Shown: positions 23,162 to 33,487, numbered from the stretch's first letter. The stretch is DNA of 45,258 nt from Gammaproteobacteria bacterium (GCA_007127715.1 SKYU01000033.1:1-45258), one strand, 5' to 3'. Program-made: numbers and translations. Notes: a model not told the origin generated them from the sequence alone.

Positions 23162-23986
23162 ATGCAGGCACTGGCACAGACGATCGAAGCCGCGTGGGAA
23201 GAGCGCGGCAGCTACCGGCCCGGACACGTGCCGGGCGAAGTGGCCAACGCGATCAGCGAGGCGATCGCGGCGCTGGACGAAGGCCGCGCCAGGGTTGCCG
23301 AGAAGATCGACGGCGAATGGCAGGTTCACCAGTGGCTCAAGAAAGCCGTACTGCTGTACTTCCGCACCCACGACAACCACGCGGTACAGGGCGGCGCCAC
23401 CCGGTATTTCGACAAGGTTCCGCTGAAGTACGCCGGCTACGATGAGGCACGCTTCCGGTCCGATGGCGTGCGCGTCGTCCCCGATGCGCTGGTGCGCCGG
23501 GGCGCCTACATCGCCCGTGATGTGGTGCTCATGCCCTCCTACGTCAACATCGGCGCGTTCGTTGATTCCGGCACCATGGTCGACACCTGGGCGACGGTGG
23601 GCAGCTGCGCGCAGATCGGGCGCAACGTCCACCTCTCCGGCGGCGCAGGTATCGGCGGGGTACTCGAGCCGCTGCAGGCCAACCCGACGATCATCGAGGA
23701 CGACTGCTTCATCGGCGCGCGCTCGGAAATCGTGGAGGGCGTGATCGTCGAGCAGGGCGCGGTGATTTCCATGGGGGTGTTCATCGGTCAGAGCACGCGC
23801 ATCTACGACCGCGAGCGCGACGAGGTGCTCCGTGGCCGTGTCCCGGCCGGAAGCGTGGTGGTCCCGGGCACGCTGCCCTCTTCGGACGGTCGCTGTCAGC
23901 TCTATGCAGCCATCATCGTCAAGCGGGTGGACGAGAAGACCCGCGCGAAGACCAGCCTGAACGAACTGCTTCGCCTGGCCGAGTGA
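23162..23986 (+). CDS. dapD: Tetrahydrodipicolinate N-succinyltransferase
   Basis: [34 protein letters not shown]; GGAGG SD before ATG 23162 gives 274 aa. Confidence 0.97.
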   Translation: MQALAQTIEAAWEERGSYRPGHVPGEVANAISEAIAALDEGRARVAEKIDGEWQVHQWLKKAVLLYFRTHDNHAVQGGATRYFDKVPLKYAGYDEARFRSDGVRVVPDALVRRGAYIARDVVLMPSYVNIGAFVDSGTMVDTWATVGSCAQIGRNVHLSGGAGIGGVLEPLQANPTIIEDDCFIGARSEIVEGVIVEQGAVISMGVFIGQSTRIYDRERDEVLRGRVPAGSVVVPGTLPSSDGRCQLYAAIIVKRVDEKTRAKTSLNELLRLAE

Positions 23987-23993
23987 GCCACCC

Positions 23994-24335
23994 GTGATGC
24001 TCGAGGTGTACGGACTGACCCACTGTGACAGCTGCCGCGCCGCACGACGGGCCCTGAGCGAGGCGGGTGTCGCGCATACCTTCATCGACCTGCGCACGAC
24101 GCCGCCCGACCGCGACACCCTGAACCACTGGCTGGCGGTGCTCGGCGAGCAGGCGCTGGTCAACCGGCGCAGCACCACGTGGCGCGGCCTCGACGAGGCC
24201 GCACGTCAGCGCCCGGCCGCCGAACTGCTGGCGGCCGAGCCCACGTTGATCAAGCGACCGGTGCTGGTCGAGGGTACACGGGTACACTGCGGGGGCCGGG
24301 CACCGGACTGGCTGGCCTTCGCACAGGCCCCCTGA
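23994..24335 (+). CDS. ArsC/Spx-family (YffB-like) thioredoxin-fold protein
   Basis: YGLTHCDSCR (CxxC), NRRSTTWR, PTLIKRPV; the usual position just upstream of dapE. Confidence 0.88.
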   Translation: MMLEVYGLTHCDSCRAARRALSEAGVAHTFIDLRTTPPDRDTLNHWLAVLGEQALVNRRSTTWRGLDEAARQRPAAELLAAEPTLIKRPVLVEGTRVHCGGRAPDWLAFAQAP

Positions 24336-24386
24336 GGACCCGGCGGTGAAAGCTTCCACCCACGCGCACGCAGACAAGGACGACGC

Positions 24387-25517
24387 ATGCCCATCGATAC
24401 GCTCGAACTGACCCAGGCACTGATCCGCCGGCCTTCGGTCACTCCGCAGGATGCGGGCTGCCAGGGCCTGCTCGGCGAACACCTGGCACGGCTGGGGTTC
24501 CGGCTGGAGCCGCTGCGCTTCGGCGACACCGACAACCTCTGGGCGCGTCTGGGCGACACGGGGCCGGTGTTCTGTTTTGCCGGACACACCGACGTGGTGC
24601 CGCCGGGGCCACTGGAGCAGTGGAGTCTCGATCCGTTCGTACCGGAGATCCGTGACGGGCTGCTATACGGGCGCGGGGCCGCGGACATGAAGGCGAGTCT
24701 GGCGGCGATGGTCGGCGCGGTGGAGGACTTCCTCGCCGCCACCCCCTCGCCACGTGGCTCGATCGCCTTCCTCATCACCAGCGACGAGGAAGGCCCGGCC
24801 ACCGACGGTACGGTCAGGGTGATGGAAACCCTGCAGGCACGCGGTGAGCACATCGACTGGTGCGTGGTCGGCGAACCGTCCAGTCATCAGGTGCTGGGGG
24901 ACATGGTCCGTATCGGGCGACGAGGATCGCTGTCCGGGATCATCACCATCGAGGGCGTTCAGGGTCACGTCGCCTATCCGCAGCTGGTGCACAATCCGAT
25001 CCACGACTTCGCCCGGTTCATTGCCCGGCTCGCCGCGAAACCGCTGGACGACGGCAACACGTTCTTCCCGCCGACCAGCTTCCAGACCGTGTGGGTGGAG
25101 GCCGGCACCGGCGCGCCGAATGTCGTGCCGGGGCAGCTGCGGGCGCGCTTCAACTTCCGCTACTCCACCGAGTGGTCACACCAGACGCTGCGCACCCACA
25201 TCGAGACGCTGCTGGCGGAGCTGGGGATCAGGCACACGCTGGACTGGCGACTGGCAGGAGAGCCATTCCTCACCCGGGAGGGCACCCTGACGGCGGCCGT
25301 CCAGGAGGCGGTACGCGGCGTGCTCGGCATGGAGACCGAACTCTCGACGGGCGGGGGCACCTCTGACGGGCGCTTCATTGCGCCCTACGGCGTCGACGTG
25401 GTGGAACTGGGTCCGATCAACGCCAGCATCCACAAGATCGACGAACACGTGCGGGTCGAGGACATCGATCGCCTGCGCCGCACTTATGCCGACATCCTCT
25501 CCCGGCTGCTCGGCTGA
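24387..25517 (+). CDS. dapE: Succinyl-diaminopimelate desuccinylase
   Basis: AGHTDVVP, GRGAADMK, TSDEEG, GEPS, QGHVAYP, GGTSDGRF, IHKIDE. Confidence 0.97.
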   Translation: MPIDTLELTQALIRRPSVTPQDAGCQGLLGEHLARLGFRLEPLRFGDTDNLWARLGDTGPVFCFAGHTDVVPPGPLEQWSLDPFVPEIRDGLLYGRGAADMKASLAAMVGAVEDFLAATPSPRGSIAFLITSDEEGPATDGTVRVMETLQARGEHIDWCVVGEPSSHQVLGDMVRIGRRGSLSGIITIEGVQGHVAYPQLVHNPIHDFARFIARLAAKPLDDGNTFFPPTSFQTVWVEAGTGAPNVVPGQLRARFNFRYSTEWSHQTLRTHIETLLAELGIRHTLDWRLAGEPFLTREGTLTAAVQEAVRGVLGMETELSTGGGTSDGRFIAPYGVDVVELGPINASIHKIDEHVRVEDIDRLRRTYADILSRLLG

Positions 25518-26014
25518 GGGCCGCCCAGCCAGTTGCCGACCACGCCAAAGACACCGAGACCCAGGCAGGCCAGCAATACCCAGGCGGGCATCGACAGGCC
25601 GAGAAAGGCCCAGTCGATCTCGGCGCACTCGCCCGAGCCGCTGAAGACCATCATGACGGCCTCGTGCAGCGGGAAGACGTCGAGCATGAAATCCAGCCCG
25701 GGGCCGCATGCCGGGACCTCGTCTTCCGGCAAGCCCTGCAGGCGCACATGCTGGCCGGCCACTGCCACGCCCCCGCCGGCCGCGACCGCCAGCAGCCCCG
25801 CATACAGTCGCGCACCCAGCCGCCCGCGCGGGTGATGCAGCGCGGCGGCGAGAAACACCAGACCGAGCGAGATCACGGCGACGCGCTGGAACACGCACAG
25901 TGGACAGGGCTCCAGCCCGAGCACCACCTCGGCGTACAGCGCATAGGTCATCAGCGCCGCGCAGGCCAGGAAACCCAGTCCGTTCACCCAGCGGCGATTG
26001 CGCAGCAGCCCCAT
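25484..26014 (-). CDS. dsbB: Disulfide bond formation protein B
   Basis: LEPCPLCVFQR, second Cys pair in PACGPGL...SGECA, four TM segments; ATG 26014 overlaps the phoU stop (TGATG). Confidence 0.93.
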   Translation of the reverse strand: MGLLRNRRWVNGLGFLACAALMTYALYAEVVLGLEPCPLCVFQRVAVISLGLVFLAAALHHPRGRLGARLYAGLLAVAAGGGVAVAGQHVRLQGLPEDEVPACGPGLDFMLDVFPLHEAVMMVFSGSGECAEIDWAFLGLSMPAWVLLACLGLGVFGVVGNWLGGPQPSSRERMSA

Positions 26015-26748
26015 CAGCCCTGCCCGTCCACCACGCCCGGGGCGAATTCGCGTGCGACCCGCTGCTCGTCCAGGTGACGGACATCGCGCCCATGCACCAT
26101 GTAGATGACGTACTCGCAGATGTTCTTGGCATGGTCGCCGATCCGCTCCAGTGAGCGGGCGACCCAGGTGACGTTCATCACCCGGCTGATGGTGCGCGGG
26201 TCTTCCATCATGAAGGTGATGCACTGGCGGGTGATGCTGTCGTACTCGCGGTCGATGGCCTGGTCCATGGCCAGGGTCTCGACTGCCGCCCGGGTGTCGA
26301 GCCGGGCCAGTGCGTCGAGCGCCGCGCGCAGCATCTCCTGCACATGGCCAGCGAGGCTCGCCAGTTCGCGGTAGCGGTCCGCCGGGCGCTCCATGGTCGC
26401 CAGCCGCGCAGCCAGCGTGGCGATCTTCTCCGCCTCGTCGCCGATGCGCTCGAGATCGGTGATGGCCTTGATGATGGCCATGATCAGACGCAGATCACCG
26501 GCCGCGGGCTGGCGGGTGGCGATGATGCGGCTGCAGGCCTGGTCGATCTCGATTTCCATGCGGTCCACGCGCTGGTCGTCCCGGGCCACCGCCAGACCGA
26601 GTTCGCTGTCGCCACGCACCACGGCCTCCACCGCGCGCTGAAGCTGCGACTCGACCAGCCCGCCCATGGCGAGCACGCTGTTGCGCAGCCGGTCGAGATC
26701 CTCGTTGAAACGCGAGGAGATGTGATGCCCGAGATCAGCGGTATCCAT
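26014..26748 (-). CDS. phoU: Phosphate signalling protein PhoU
   Basis: HISSRF, RQPAAGDLR, DLERIGDEA, SLERIGDHAKNICE. Confidence 0.97.
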   Translation of the reverse strand: MDTADLGHHISSRFNEDLDRLRNSVLAMGGLVESQLQRAVEAVVRGDSELGLAVARDDQRVDRMEIEIDQACSRIIATRQPAAGDLRLIMAIIKAITDLERIGDEAEKIATLAARLATMERPADRYRELASLAGHVQEMLRAALDALARLDTRAAVETLAMDQAIDREYDSITRQCITFMMEDPRTISRVMNVTWVARSLERIGDHAKNICEYVIYMVHGRDVRHLDEQRVAREFAPGVVDGQG

Positions 26749-26790
26749 GGGTGACTCCAGGCGGCAGGCCCGATGCCGTCCGCCGAAGGC

Positions 26791-26818
26791 AGACTACCAT
26801 CGCGACGAGCCGGTGCAA
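26791..26818 (-). promoter_or_regulatory. Putative internal sigma70 promoter for phoU-dsbB
   Basis: TTGCAC (26818-26813), 16-nt spacer ending in TGG, TAGTCT (26796-26791); extended -10. Confidence 0.5.
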
Positions 26819-26830
26819 GTGACCGGTCGC

Positions 26831-28156
26831 TCAGCCGGGCGATGGTGCCGCGGCCTCGGCCTCCGGCGGTGGCAGGACCGTCCGTGCGGTCGGAAAATGG
26901 CAGATGAAGGTGCTGCCTTCACCCGGCCGGCTGCGGATCTCGAGGCGCCCGCCGTGTCGCAGCAGTGCGTGCTTGACGATGGCCAGGCCAAGCCCTGTCC
27001 CGCCCACCTCGCGGGCACGCCCGGAGTCGACGCGGAAGAACCGCTCGGTGATCCTGGGAATGAGTGTCTCAGGAATACCGATGCCGGTGTCGGTGATGCT
27101 GAAATGCACGCCTTCCTCGTCCTGCCACCAGCGACACTCGATGCGACCCTCAGGCGGCGTGAACCTCAGCGCATTGTTCAGCAGATTGCTGAACACGGAG
27201 TGCAGTTCCTGCTCCTCGCCGCGGACCCGCGCGGTGGTCTCCAGCCGCAGTTCGAGCTCACTTGGCCGCTCCCTCCGGGTGAGCGCCTCGCGGTGCAGCT
27301 GGTCGAGCATGTCCGGCACATCGACCGGCTCCTGACCGGCCGGACGCTCGGCCGCCTCCAGGCGCGAGAGCGTGATCAGGTCGTGGACGATGGAATTCAT
27401 GCGCGCCACCTGGCGCTGCATCTCGGCGACCGGCTGGCGCCAGACCTCGTCGAGACTGCGCTCGTCCCCCAGGCTCTCGAGATACCCCGCGATCACGGTC
27501 AGCGGGGAGCGCAGCTCGTGCGACACGTTGGCGACGAAATCCCGACGCATGTGCTCCAGGCGCACTTCGCGGGTGATGTCCTGAACGATCAGCAGCTTCT
27601 GCTGGTTGCCATAGGGAATCAGCTGGACCGACAGGTGGGTGTTTCGCCGCGGACCGGGCATCTTCAGCTTTTCGCTGAACTCCGCCTCCTCGATGTAGGC
27701 GACGAAATCGGGATGCCTGACAAGGTTGGTGATGTGCTGCCCCTGGTCGCGGGCCGGGTCGAGCCCCAGCAGGCGGCTGGCGGCATCGTTCAGCCAGGCG
27801 ATCTCCATGTCGGCGTTGAGGATGACGCCTCCGTCGTGCATGGCATCGGTGGAATCCCGGACCTCGCGGAGCAGCCGGTGGAAGCGTTTCTTGCGCCGGC
27901 GGGCGCGCTGGCGCAGCTGCATGATGTCGGCATAGATGGCGCCGAGCACGCCGTCAGACTCCGCGCGGCTGCGACGCTTGCCGGTGCGCAGCCAGCGCTC
28001 CAGCCCCCAGAGCGAGTACACGAGATAGCCCAGCAGACCAAGCGTCGCGGCGAACAGCCACCAGGCCAGCCCGCCCAGCGTAAGGCCCAGAAACAGCGCG
28101 GCCAGCAGTGCCAGCCCGACGCGCCAGGCGAGCGCCGGGAGCAGGCCGGGGGCCAT
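26831..28156 (-). CDS. phoR: Phosphate regulon sensor kinase
   Basis: N-terminal TM, PAS, FVANVSHELRSPLT H-box, N box, DTGIGI, GGTGLGLAIVKH; ATG overlaps the phoB stop. Confidence 0.96.
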   Translation of the reverse strand: MAPGLLPALAWRVGLALLAALFLGLTLGGLAWWLFAATLGLLGYLVYSLWGLERWLRTGKRRSRAESDGVLGAIYADIMQLRQRARRRKKRFHRLLREVRDSTDAMHDGGVILNADMEIAWLNDAASRLLGLDPARDQGQHITNLVRHPDFVAYIEEAEFSEKLKMPGPRRNTHLSVQLIPYGNQQKLLIVQDITREVRLEHMRRDFVANVSHELRSPLTVIAGYLESLGDERSLDEVWRQPVAEMQRQVARMNSIVHDLITLSRLEAAERPAGQEPVDVPDMLDQLHREALTRRERPSELELRLETTARVRGEEQELHSVFSNLLNNALRFTPPEGRIECRWWQDEEGVHFSITDTGIGIPETLIPRITERFFRVDSGRAREVGGTGLGLAIVKHALLRHGGRLEIRSRPGEGSTFICHFPTARTVLPPPEAEAAAPSPG

Positions 28157-28848
28157 CAGGCCTCCCGCGCCGAGAAACGGTAGCCTGCGCCGCGGACGGT
28201 CTGGATCAGGCGGTCGCAGCCCGAGGGTGTCAGAGCCTTGCGCAGGCGGCGAATGTGCACGTCCACGGTCCGCTCTTCCACGTAGACGTTGCCGCCCCAC
28301 ACACGGTCGAGCAGCTGCGTGCGGCTGTAGACACGGTCGGGATGCTGCATGAAGAAGCTCAGCAGGCGGTATTCGGTCGGGCCGAGCGCGACCGGCTCGT
28401 CACCGACCGAGACGCGGTGGCCCGCGAGGTCGAGGGTCAGCCCGCCGATGGAGAGGGTGTCGTCTTCGCCACCGCCGTAGCGGCGCAGCACGGCGTTGAC
28501 TCTCGCCAGCAGCTCCCGCGGCGAGAACGGCTTGACGATGTAGTCGTCCGCCCCGCCCTCCAACCCGGCCACACGATCATCCTCCTCCGCCCGCGCGGTC
28601 AGCATGAGGATCGGAATCTCGCGCGTGGCCTCATCGCGCTTGAACTGGCGGGTGAGTTCCAGGCCGCTGATGTCGGGCAGCATCCAGTCCATGAGGATGA
28701 GATCAGGGAAACGGTCGGCCACCATGCTGCGGGCGCTGTGGCCGTCCACGGCCTCGCGCAGGGTGAACCCCGCCCGACCCAGGTTGAACACCAGCATCTC
28801 GCGGATGGCTTTCTCGTCCTCGACGATCAATATGGTCTTGCCTGTCAT
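28156..28848 (-). CDS. phoB: Phosphate regulon response regulator
   Basis: [51 protein letters not shown]. Confidence 0.97.
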   Translation of the reverse strand: MTGKTILIVEDEKAIREMLVFNLGRAGFTLREAVDGHSARSMVADRFPDLILMDWMLPDISGLELTRQFKRDEATREIPILMLTARAEEDDRVAGLEGGADDYIVKPFSPRELLARVNAVLRRYGGGEDDTLSIGGLTLDLAGHRVSVGDEPVALGPTEYRLLSFFMQHPDRVYSRTQLLDRVWGGNVYVEERTVDVHIRRLRKALTPSGCDRLIQTVRGAGYRFSAREA

Positions 28849-28881
28849 GGGATTCCCGTGGCGCACCGTGACCCGTGCGCC

Positions 28882-28915
28882 ATTGAACCGCCAGTGTATT
28901 GCAAAGACGTTACAG
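28882..28915 (-). promoter_or_regulatory. Putative Pho box plus -10 upstream of phoB (autoregulation)
   Basis: CTGTAAC-gtct-TTGCAAT (11-bp period), 10-nt spacer, then TTCAAT; this matches Pho promoter geometry. Confidence 0.6.
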
Positions 28916-28925
28916 CCGCAGCCGC

Positions 28926-29624
28926 TCAGGCAGATCGTCGGGGGGTGGCTACGCGGTCGCGCAGGTACACCGGGGCGATGTCGGCAGGATCGATGGGCAC
29001 CTCGCCCCCGGCCAGACGCGCCACGGCGAGCGTCGCCACCGCGCCGGCATCTGGGAACAGGCTGGCGTCACAATCGGCGAGCCTCGCCGCAGCCGCCGCC
29101 AGCGCCCCGGGATGCGCGGCCCAGCCCGGACCAGCACCCCACCAGGTCCCGGGCGGGACCTCCAGTACCTCGGGGGCGAGCAGCCGCTCTTCGCCCGCGT
29201 CCATCAGCCGGCCGTCGCCGTCGAATTCGCAGGCGGCGACATAGAGCTCTCCCATGCGGGCGTCCATGGCCACCAGGACCCGCGGCCAGCCGTGCTCTGC
29301 CCAGGCCCGCCAGGCCAGCGCCTGGAGATCGGACACCGCGACCAGCCCCCGCGCTGCGCCCAGCGCCAGCCCCTGGGCGACACTGGCGGCAATGCGCACG
29401 CCCGTGAAACCGCCCGGGCCGCGACCGAAGGCAATGGCCTCGACATCAGCCAGCGCAAGCTCGGCCCCGCGCAGCAGGCTGTCGACCATGCCGAGCAGCC
29501 GGGCCGAGTGATCGCGGGGCGAGACATGCGAGACCATGCGCAGCACCCCGTCCAGATACAGGGCTGCCGAGCAGTTCTCCGTCGCGGTATCCAGCGCCAG
29601 CAGGCGGCATGGGGCGCCGCTCAT
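28926..29624 (-). CDS. tsaB: tRNA t6A biosynthesis protein TsaB
   Basis: [33 protein letters not shown]. Confidence 0.96.
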   Translation of the reverse strand: MSGAPCRLLALDTATENCSAALYLDGVLRMVSHVSPRDHSARLLGMVDSLLRGAELALADVEAIAFGRGPGGFTGVRIAASVAQGLALGAARGLVAVSDLQALAWRAWAEHGWPRVLVAMDARMGELYVAACEFDGDGRLMDAGEERLLAPEVLEVPPGTWWGAGPGWAAHPGALAAAAARLADCDASLFPDAGAVATLAVARLAGGEVPIDPADIAPVYLRDRVATPRRSA

Positions 29625-31555
29625 GTGCCCACCGTCCCGCCGACCTCGGCATCCTCAAGCATCGCCAGTGCCACTTCCAGGCGACGGCTGCGCCGGAACG
29701 GCGGCAGCGCATGCAGGAACACCCGTCCGTAGCCGCGCCCGGTCAAACGGGGGTCGCCCAGCATCACCACGCCGCGATCGCCATGATCGCGGATCAGCCG
29801 CCCCACCCCCTGCTTCAGGGCGATGACGGCCTGCGGCAGCTGTACGCTGCGAAACGGATCCTGGCCTTCACGGCGTGCCGCCTCCAGCCGCGCCCGCAGC
29901 ATCGGATCCCCCGGAGAGGCGAACGGCAGACGATCGATCACCACCAGTTTCAATGCATCTCCGCGCACATCCACCCCTTCCCAGAAACTCGCCGCCCCCA
30001 GCAGCACCGCCCGGGGCTCACCACGAAAACGCCGGATCAGCTCGCGCCGGGAGGCCGTGCCCTGGACCAGCAGAGTGTAATCGTCGCCACAGTCGGCGAG
30101 CAGGCCATGGGCTTCCTCGAGCGCGCGATGGCTGGTGAACAGCAGGAAAGCCCGCCCGCCGGCGGCCGCCAGCAAGGGCCGCGCGGCCGCCACCAGGGCG
30201 GCGGTATGTCCCTCGCCGCCGGGCAGGGGCAGACCCTCCGGCAGGTACAGCAAGCCCTGACGCGGATAGTCGAAGGGGCTGGCGAGCACACAGCTGTCGA
30301 CCTCGTGCAGGCCGAGCCGCCGGGTGAAATGGCTGAAGTCCTCGCCAACGGCCAGGGTCGCCGAGGTGAAGATCCACGCACAGGCCCGCGCCTGCATCAC
30401 CCCTTCCAGGCGCGCACTGACGTCCCAGGGCGTGAGGTGCAGCACCAGGCCCGTGCGGCTGGTGTCGACCCAGCGCAGCCCGGCTTCCGCGTCTGCCGCC
30501 AGCAGCTGCTCCAGCCGCCCGAGCTGTGCGGCGGCGCGTTCGGCGCAGCGCTCCAGGCCGGCGTCATGGTCGCCCAGGCGCTCGAGGTCTTCAGCCAGTG
30601 CGCCGAGCGCTTCGGCCAGCTGCTCGAGTGCCGGGGCTGCGGCGGCCGGCAGGCTGGTCCAGTCCTGGCGGCCGGTGCCCGGCCCGAGCGCAAGACGCAG
30701 TTCACGCAGGGCCAGCACCAGACGGTCACAGCGCTGCTCGAGTCCGGCCTGCAGGCCGGCACCGCGGGCCGCTTCCAGCCGGGCGTCGCGCAGCAGCGCC
30801 TCCAGCCCTCGCGAGGACAGCGCCACGCCGAAGAACTGCACGGCCGTATCCGGCAACTGATGGGCCTCGTCGACGATCACCGCATCGGCGCCCGGAAGCA
30901 GTTCGGCGAAGCCGTCTTCCTTGAGCGCCAGGTCGGCCAGCAACAGATGATGGTTGACCACCACCACCTGCGCCTCCTGCGCCTGGCGCCGGGCCCGGAC
31001 GACATGGCAGCGATGGTAATGGTCGCAGCGCGTGCCCAGGCAGTTGTCCAGCGTCGAGGTCACCAGCGGCCACAGCCGGCTGCCTTCGTCGACCCCCTCG
31101 ACCTCGGCGATGTCACCGGTGGCGGTGACGCCCGCCCAGTCGCGCACCCGCGCGAGCTCGGCCACCTGGGCACGGCTGGAGAGCCGGGTCTCGCCACTGT
31201 CGGCGAGCGCCAGGCGGTGCAGACACAGGTAGTTGCTCCGGCCCTTCAGCAGGGCGGTGGCCACGGGACGTCCCAGCGCCGCACACACCGTGGGAAGATC
31301 CCGCTCGTAGAGCTGATCCTGGAGGTTGCGGGTACCGGTAGAGACGATGATGCGCCGTCCGGAGAGCAACGCCGGCACCAGATAGGCGAAGGTCTTGCCG
31401 ATCCCCGTGCCGGCCTCGATCACCAGGCTGCGCTGGTGCTCGAGTGCATCGGCCACGCGCGCGGCCATGACCTGCTGCTCCGGCCGCGGCGCAAAGCCCT
31501 CGACCGCCTGGGCCAGCGGCGAGCCCGCCGAGAATTCCTGGGCCCAGTCGTTCAT
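29621..31555 (-). CDS. yoaA: DinG/YoaA-family Fe-S ATP-dependent DNA helicase
   Basis: EAGTGIGKT, four Fe-S Cys (NYLC; C-x4-C-x5-C), DEAH, SATL, FWEGVDV, QGVGRLIR; adjacent to tsaB as in E. coli. Confidence 0.92.
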   Translation of the reverse strand: MNDWAQEFSAGSPLAQAVEGFAPRPEQQVMAARVADALEHQRSLVIEAGTGIGKTFAYLVPALLSGRRIIVSTGTRNLQDQLYERDLPTVCAALGRPVATALLKGRSNYLCLHRLALADSGETRLSSRAQVAELARVRDWAGVTATGDIAEVEGVDEGSRLWPLVTSTLDNCLGTRCDHYHRCHVVRARRQAQEAQVVVVNHHLLLADLALKEDGFAELLPGADAVIVDEAHQLPDTAVQFFGVALSSRGLEALLRDARLEAARGAGLQAGLEQRCDRLVLALRELRLALGPGTGRQDWTSLPAAAAPALEQLAEALGALAEDLERLGDHDAGLERCAERAAAQLGRLEQLLAADAEAGLRWVDTSRTGLVLHLTPWDVSARLEGVMQARACAWIFTSATLAVGEDFSHFTRRLGLHEVDSCVLASPFDYPRQGLLYLPEGLPLPGGEGHTAALVAAARPLLAAAGGRAFLLFTSHRALEEAHGLLADCGDDYTLLVQGTASRRELIRRFRGEPRAVLLGAASFWEGVDVRGDALKLVVIDRLPFASPGDPMLRARLEAARREGQDPFRSVQLPQAVIALKQGVGRLIRDHGDRGVVMLGDPRLTGRGYGRVFLHALPPFRRSRRLEVALAMLEDAEVGGTVGT

Positions 31556-31564
31556 GGGGGCGAC

Positions 31565-31570
31565 ACTATA
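31565..31570 (-). promoter_or_regulatory. Putative -10 element for yoaA-tsaB
   Basis: TATAGT 9 nt upstream of ATG 31555 in a GC-rich context. Confidence 0.45.
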
Positions 31571-31678
31571 CCGTGGGTCCCCGCGCGCTGCGTGGCGAGA
31601 ATCCGGCACCAGACCGTCAATTCGGCATACGTCGCCGGCTTATGTGCATCAGGGGGCGGCAGGCGGCGGCTGCAGGGG

Positions 31679-31684
31679 TATAAT
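31679..31684 (+). promoter_or_regulatory. Putative -10 element for pckG
   Basis: Perfect TATAAT about 55 nt upstream of ATG 31740; no clear -35. Confidence 0.55.
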
Positions 31685-31739
31685 CCGCGGTCTTTCGCAC
31701 CGGTCTCCACCGGCCACCCGTCCGCTGCTGCCGAGAATC

Positions 31740-33482
31740 ATGACCACCACCAACGATCAGCTGATATCTTGGGTCGACGAGGTCGCCCGCCTCACCCGCC
31801 CCGCCAGGGTCCACTGGTGCGACGGCTCGGAAGCCGAACGCGAGCAGCTCATCGCCCAGATGCTCGAGTCCGGCGAACTGCTCGAACTGAACCAGGACAC
31901 CCATCCCAACTGCTACCTGCACCGCTCGGACCCGAGCGATGTCGCGCGGGTCGAACACCTGACCTTCGTGTGCACCACCGACCCGGAGGACGCCGGCCCC
32001 AACAACCACTGGATGGCACCCGACCAGGCTCACGGGCAGATGGATGCGCTGTTCGAGGGCTGCATGGAAGGCCGCACGCTCTACGTGGTCCCCTACTGCA
32101 TGGGCCCCATCGACTCGCCCTACGCGCGCTGCGGTGTCGAGATCACCGACAGTCCCTACGTGGTGGTGAACATGGGCCTGATGACCCGCATGGGCCGCAA
32201 GGCGCTCGCGCGGATCGAGCGCGGCGAGCGGTTCGTACGCGGGCTGCACTCGATCGGCGAACTCGACCCCGAGCGCCGTTTCATCATGCACTTCCCCGAA
32301 GAGCTGACCATCAAGAGCTACGGTTCCGGCTATGGCGGCAACGCGCTGCTGGGCAAGAAATGCCATGCACTGCGCATCGCCAGCTGGCAGGCGCGCGAGG
32401 AAGGCTGGCTGGCCGAGCACATGCTCATCGTCGGGGTGGAAAGCCCAGAAGGCGAGACCCACTACCTGGCCTGCGCCTTCCCGTCGGCCTGCGGCAAGAC
32501 CAACCTCGCGATGCTGCTGCCACCCGAGTCGCACGCCGGCTGGAAGATCTGGACGGTCGGTGACGATATCGCCTGGCTGCATGTCGACGGGTCGGGTCAG
32601 CTGCGTGCCATCAACCCGGAAGCGGGCTACTTTGGCGTGGTTCCCGGCACCAACGCGAAAACCAACCGCAACGCCTTCGACATGATCCGCCGCGATGCGA
32701 TTTTCACCAACGTGGCAGTCACGGCAGACAACCAGCCCTGGTGGGAGGACAAGGGCCACGGCGACCCCGAGCTGGACTGGCAGGGCCGCCCCTGGGCCCC
32801 CGGCAACGGCAAGGCGGCTCATCCGAATTCACGGTTTACCGTCTCCGCGCAGCAGAACCCGGCCTGGTCACCCCGCGCCGAAGACCCGGCAGGCGTGCCG
32901 ATCTCGGCCATCGTGTTCGGCGGCCGTCGCCGCGAACTCGCCCCGCTGGTCTATGAGGCGCGCGACTGGCGACACGGCGTGCTGGTCGGCGCGGGCATGG
33001 CCTCGGAGACCACCGCGGCGGCCACCGCACAGGTCGGCGTGGTCCGGCGCGACCCGATGGCGATGAAGCCCTTCTGCGGCTACAACTTCGCCGACTACTG
33101 GTCGCACTGGCTGTCGATCGGTGAGCGCACGACCACGCCGCCGAAAGTCTTTCACGTCAACTGGTTCCGCCAGAATGGCGAGGGCCGTTTCCTGTGGCCC
33201 GGCTTCGGCGAGAACCTGCGGGTCCTGCGCTGGATCATCGACCGCTGCGCCGGGCGTGCCGAGGCCCGGGACACGGCGATCGGGTGGCTGCCCGGACCGA
33301 CGGACATCGACGTCGAGGGGCTGGACATCGATCCGCAGACGCTCGAGTCACTGCTGGCGGTCGATGCGCCAGCCTGGCGCGAGGAACTGACGCAGATCGG
33401 CGACTACCTTGACGGGTTCGGAGACCGGGTTCCCGAGGCGCTGCGCGAGGTGCGCGAGCAGGTCCTGGCGCGGCTGAAATAG
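31740..33482 (+). CDS. pckG: Phosphoenolpyruvate carboxykinase (GTP)
   Basis: DVARVE, GSGYGGNALLGKKC, WLAEHM, FPSACGKTNLAM, GDDIAW, HPNSRF, DPMAMKPFCGYN, WPGFGEN. Confidence 0.97.
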   Translation: MTTTNDQLISWVDEVARLTRPARVHWCDGSEAEREQLIAQMLESGELLELNQDTHPNCYLHRSDPSDVARVEHLTFVCTTDPEDAGPNNHWMAPDQAHGQMDALFEGCMEGRTLYVVPYCMGPIDSPYARCGVEITDSPYVVVNMGLMTRMGRKALARIERGERFVRGLHSIGELDPERRFIMHFPEELTIKSYGSGYGGNALLGKKCHALRIASWQAREEGWLAEHMLIVGVESPEGETHYLACAFPSACGKTNLAMLLPPESHAGWKIWTVGDDIAWLHVDGSGQLRAINPEAGYFGVVPGTNAKTNRNAFDMIRRDAIFTNVAVTADNQPWWEDKGHGDPELDWQGRPWAPGNGKAAHPNSRFTVSAQQNPAWSPRAEDPAGVPISAIVFGGRRRELAPLVYEARDWRHGVLVGAGMASETTAAATAQVGVVRRDPMAMKPFCGYNFADYWSHWLSIGERTTTPPKVFHVNWFRQNGEGRFLWPGFGENLRVLRWIIDRCAGRAEARDTAIGWLPGPTDIDVEGLDIDPQTLESLLAVDAPAWREELTQIGDYLDGFGDRVPEALREVREQVLARLK

Positions 33483-33487
33483 ACCGC

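Noticed and set aside
8891-24178. Other long alternative-frame ORFs (618, 538, 474, 390, 649 aa)
   Set aside because: All overlap well-supported housekeeping genes and lack motifs
29609-32563. 984-aa plus-strand ORF
   Set aside because: Antisense to yoaA, then out of frame over pckG; Arg/Pro/Ala-rich shadow composition
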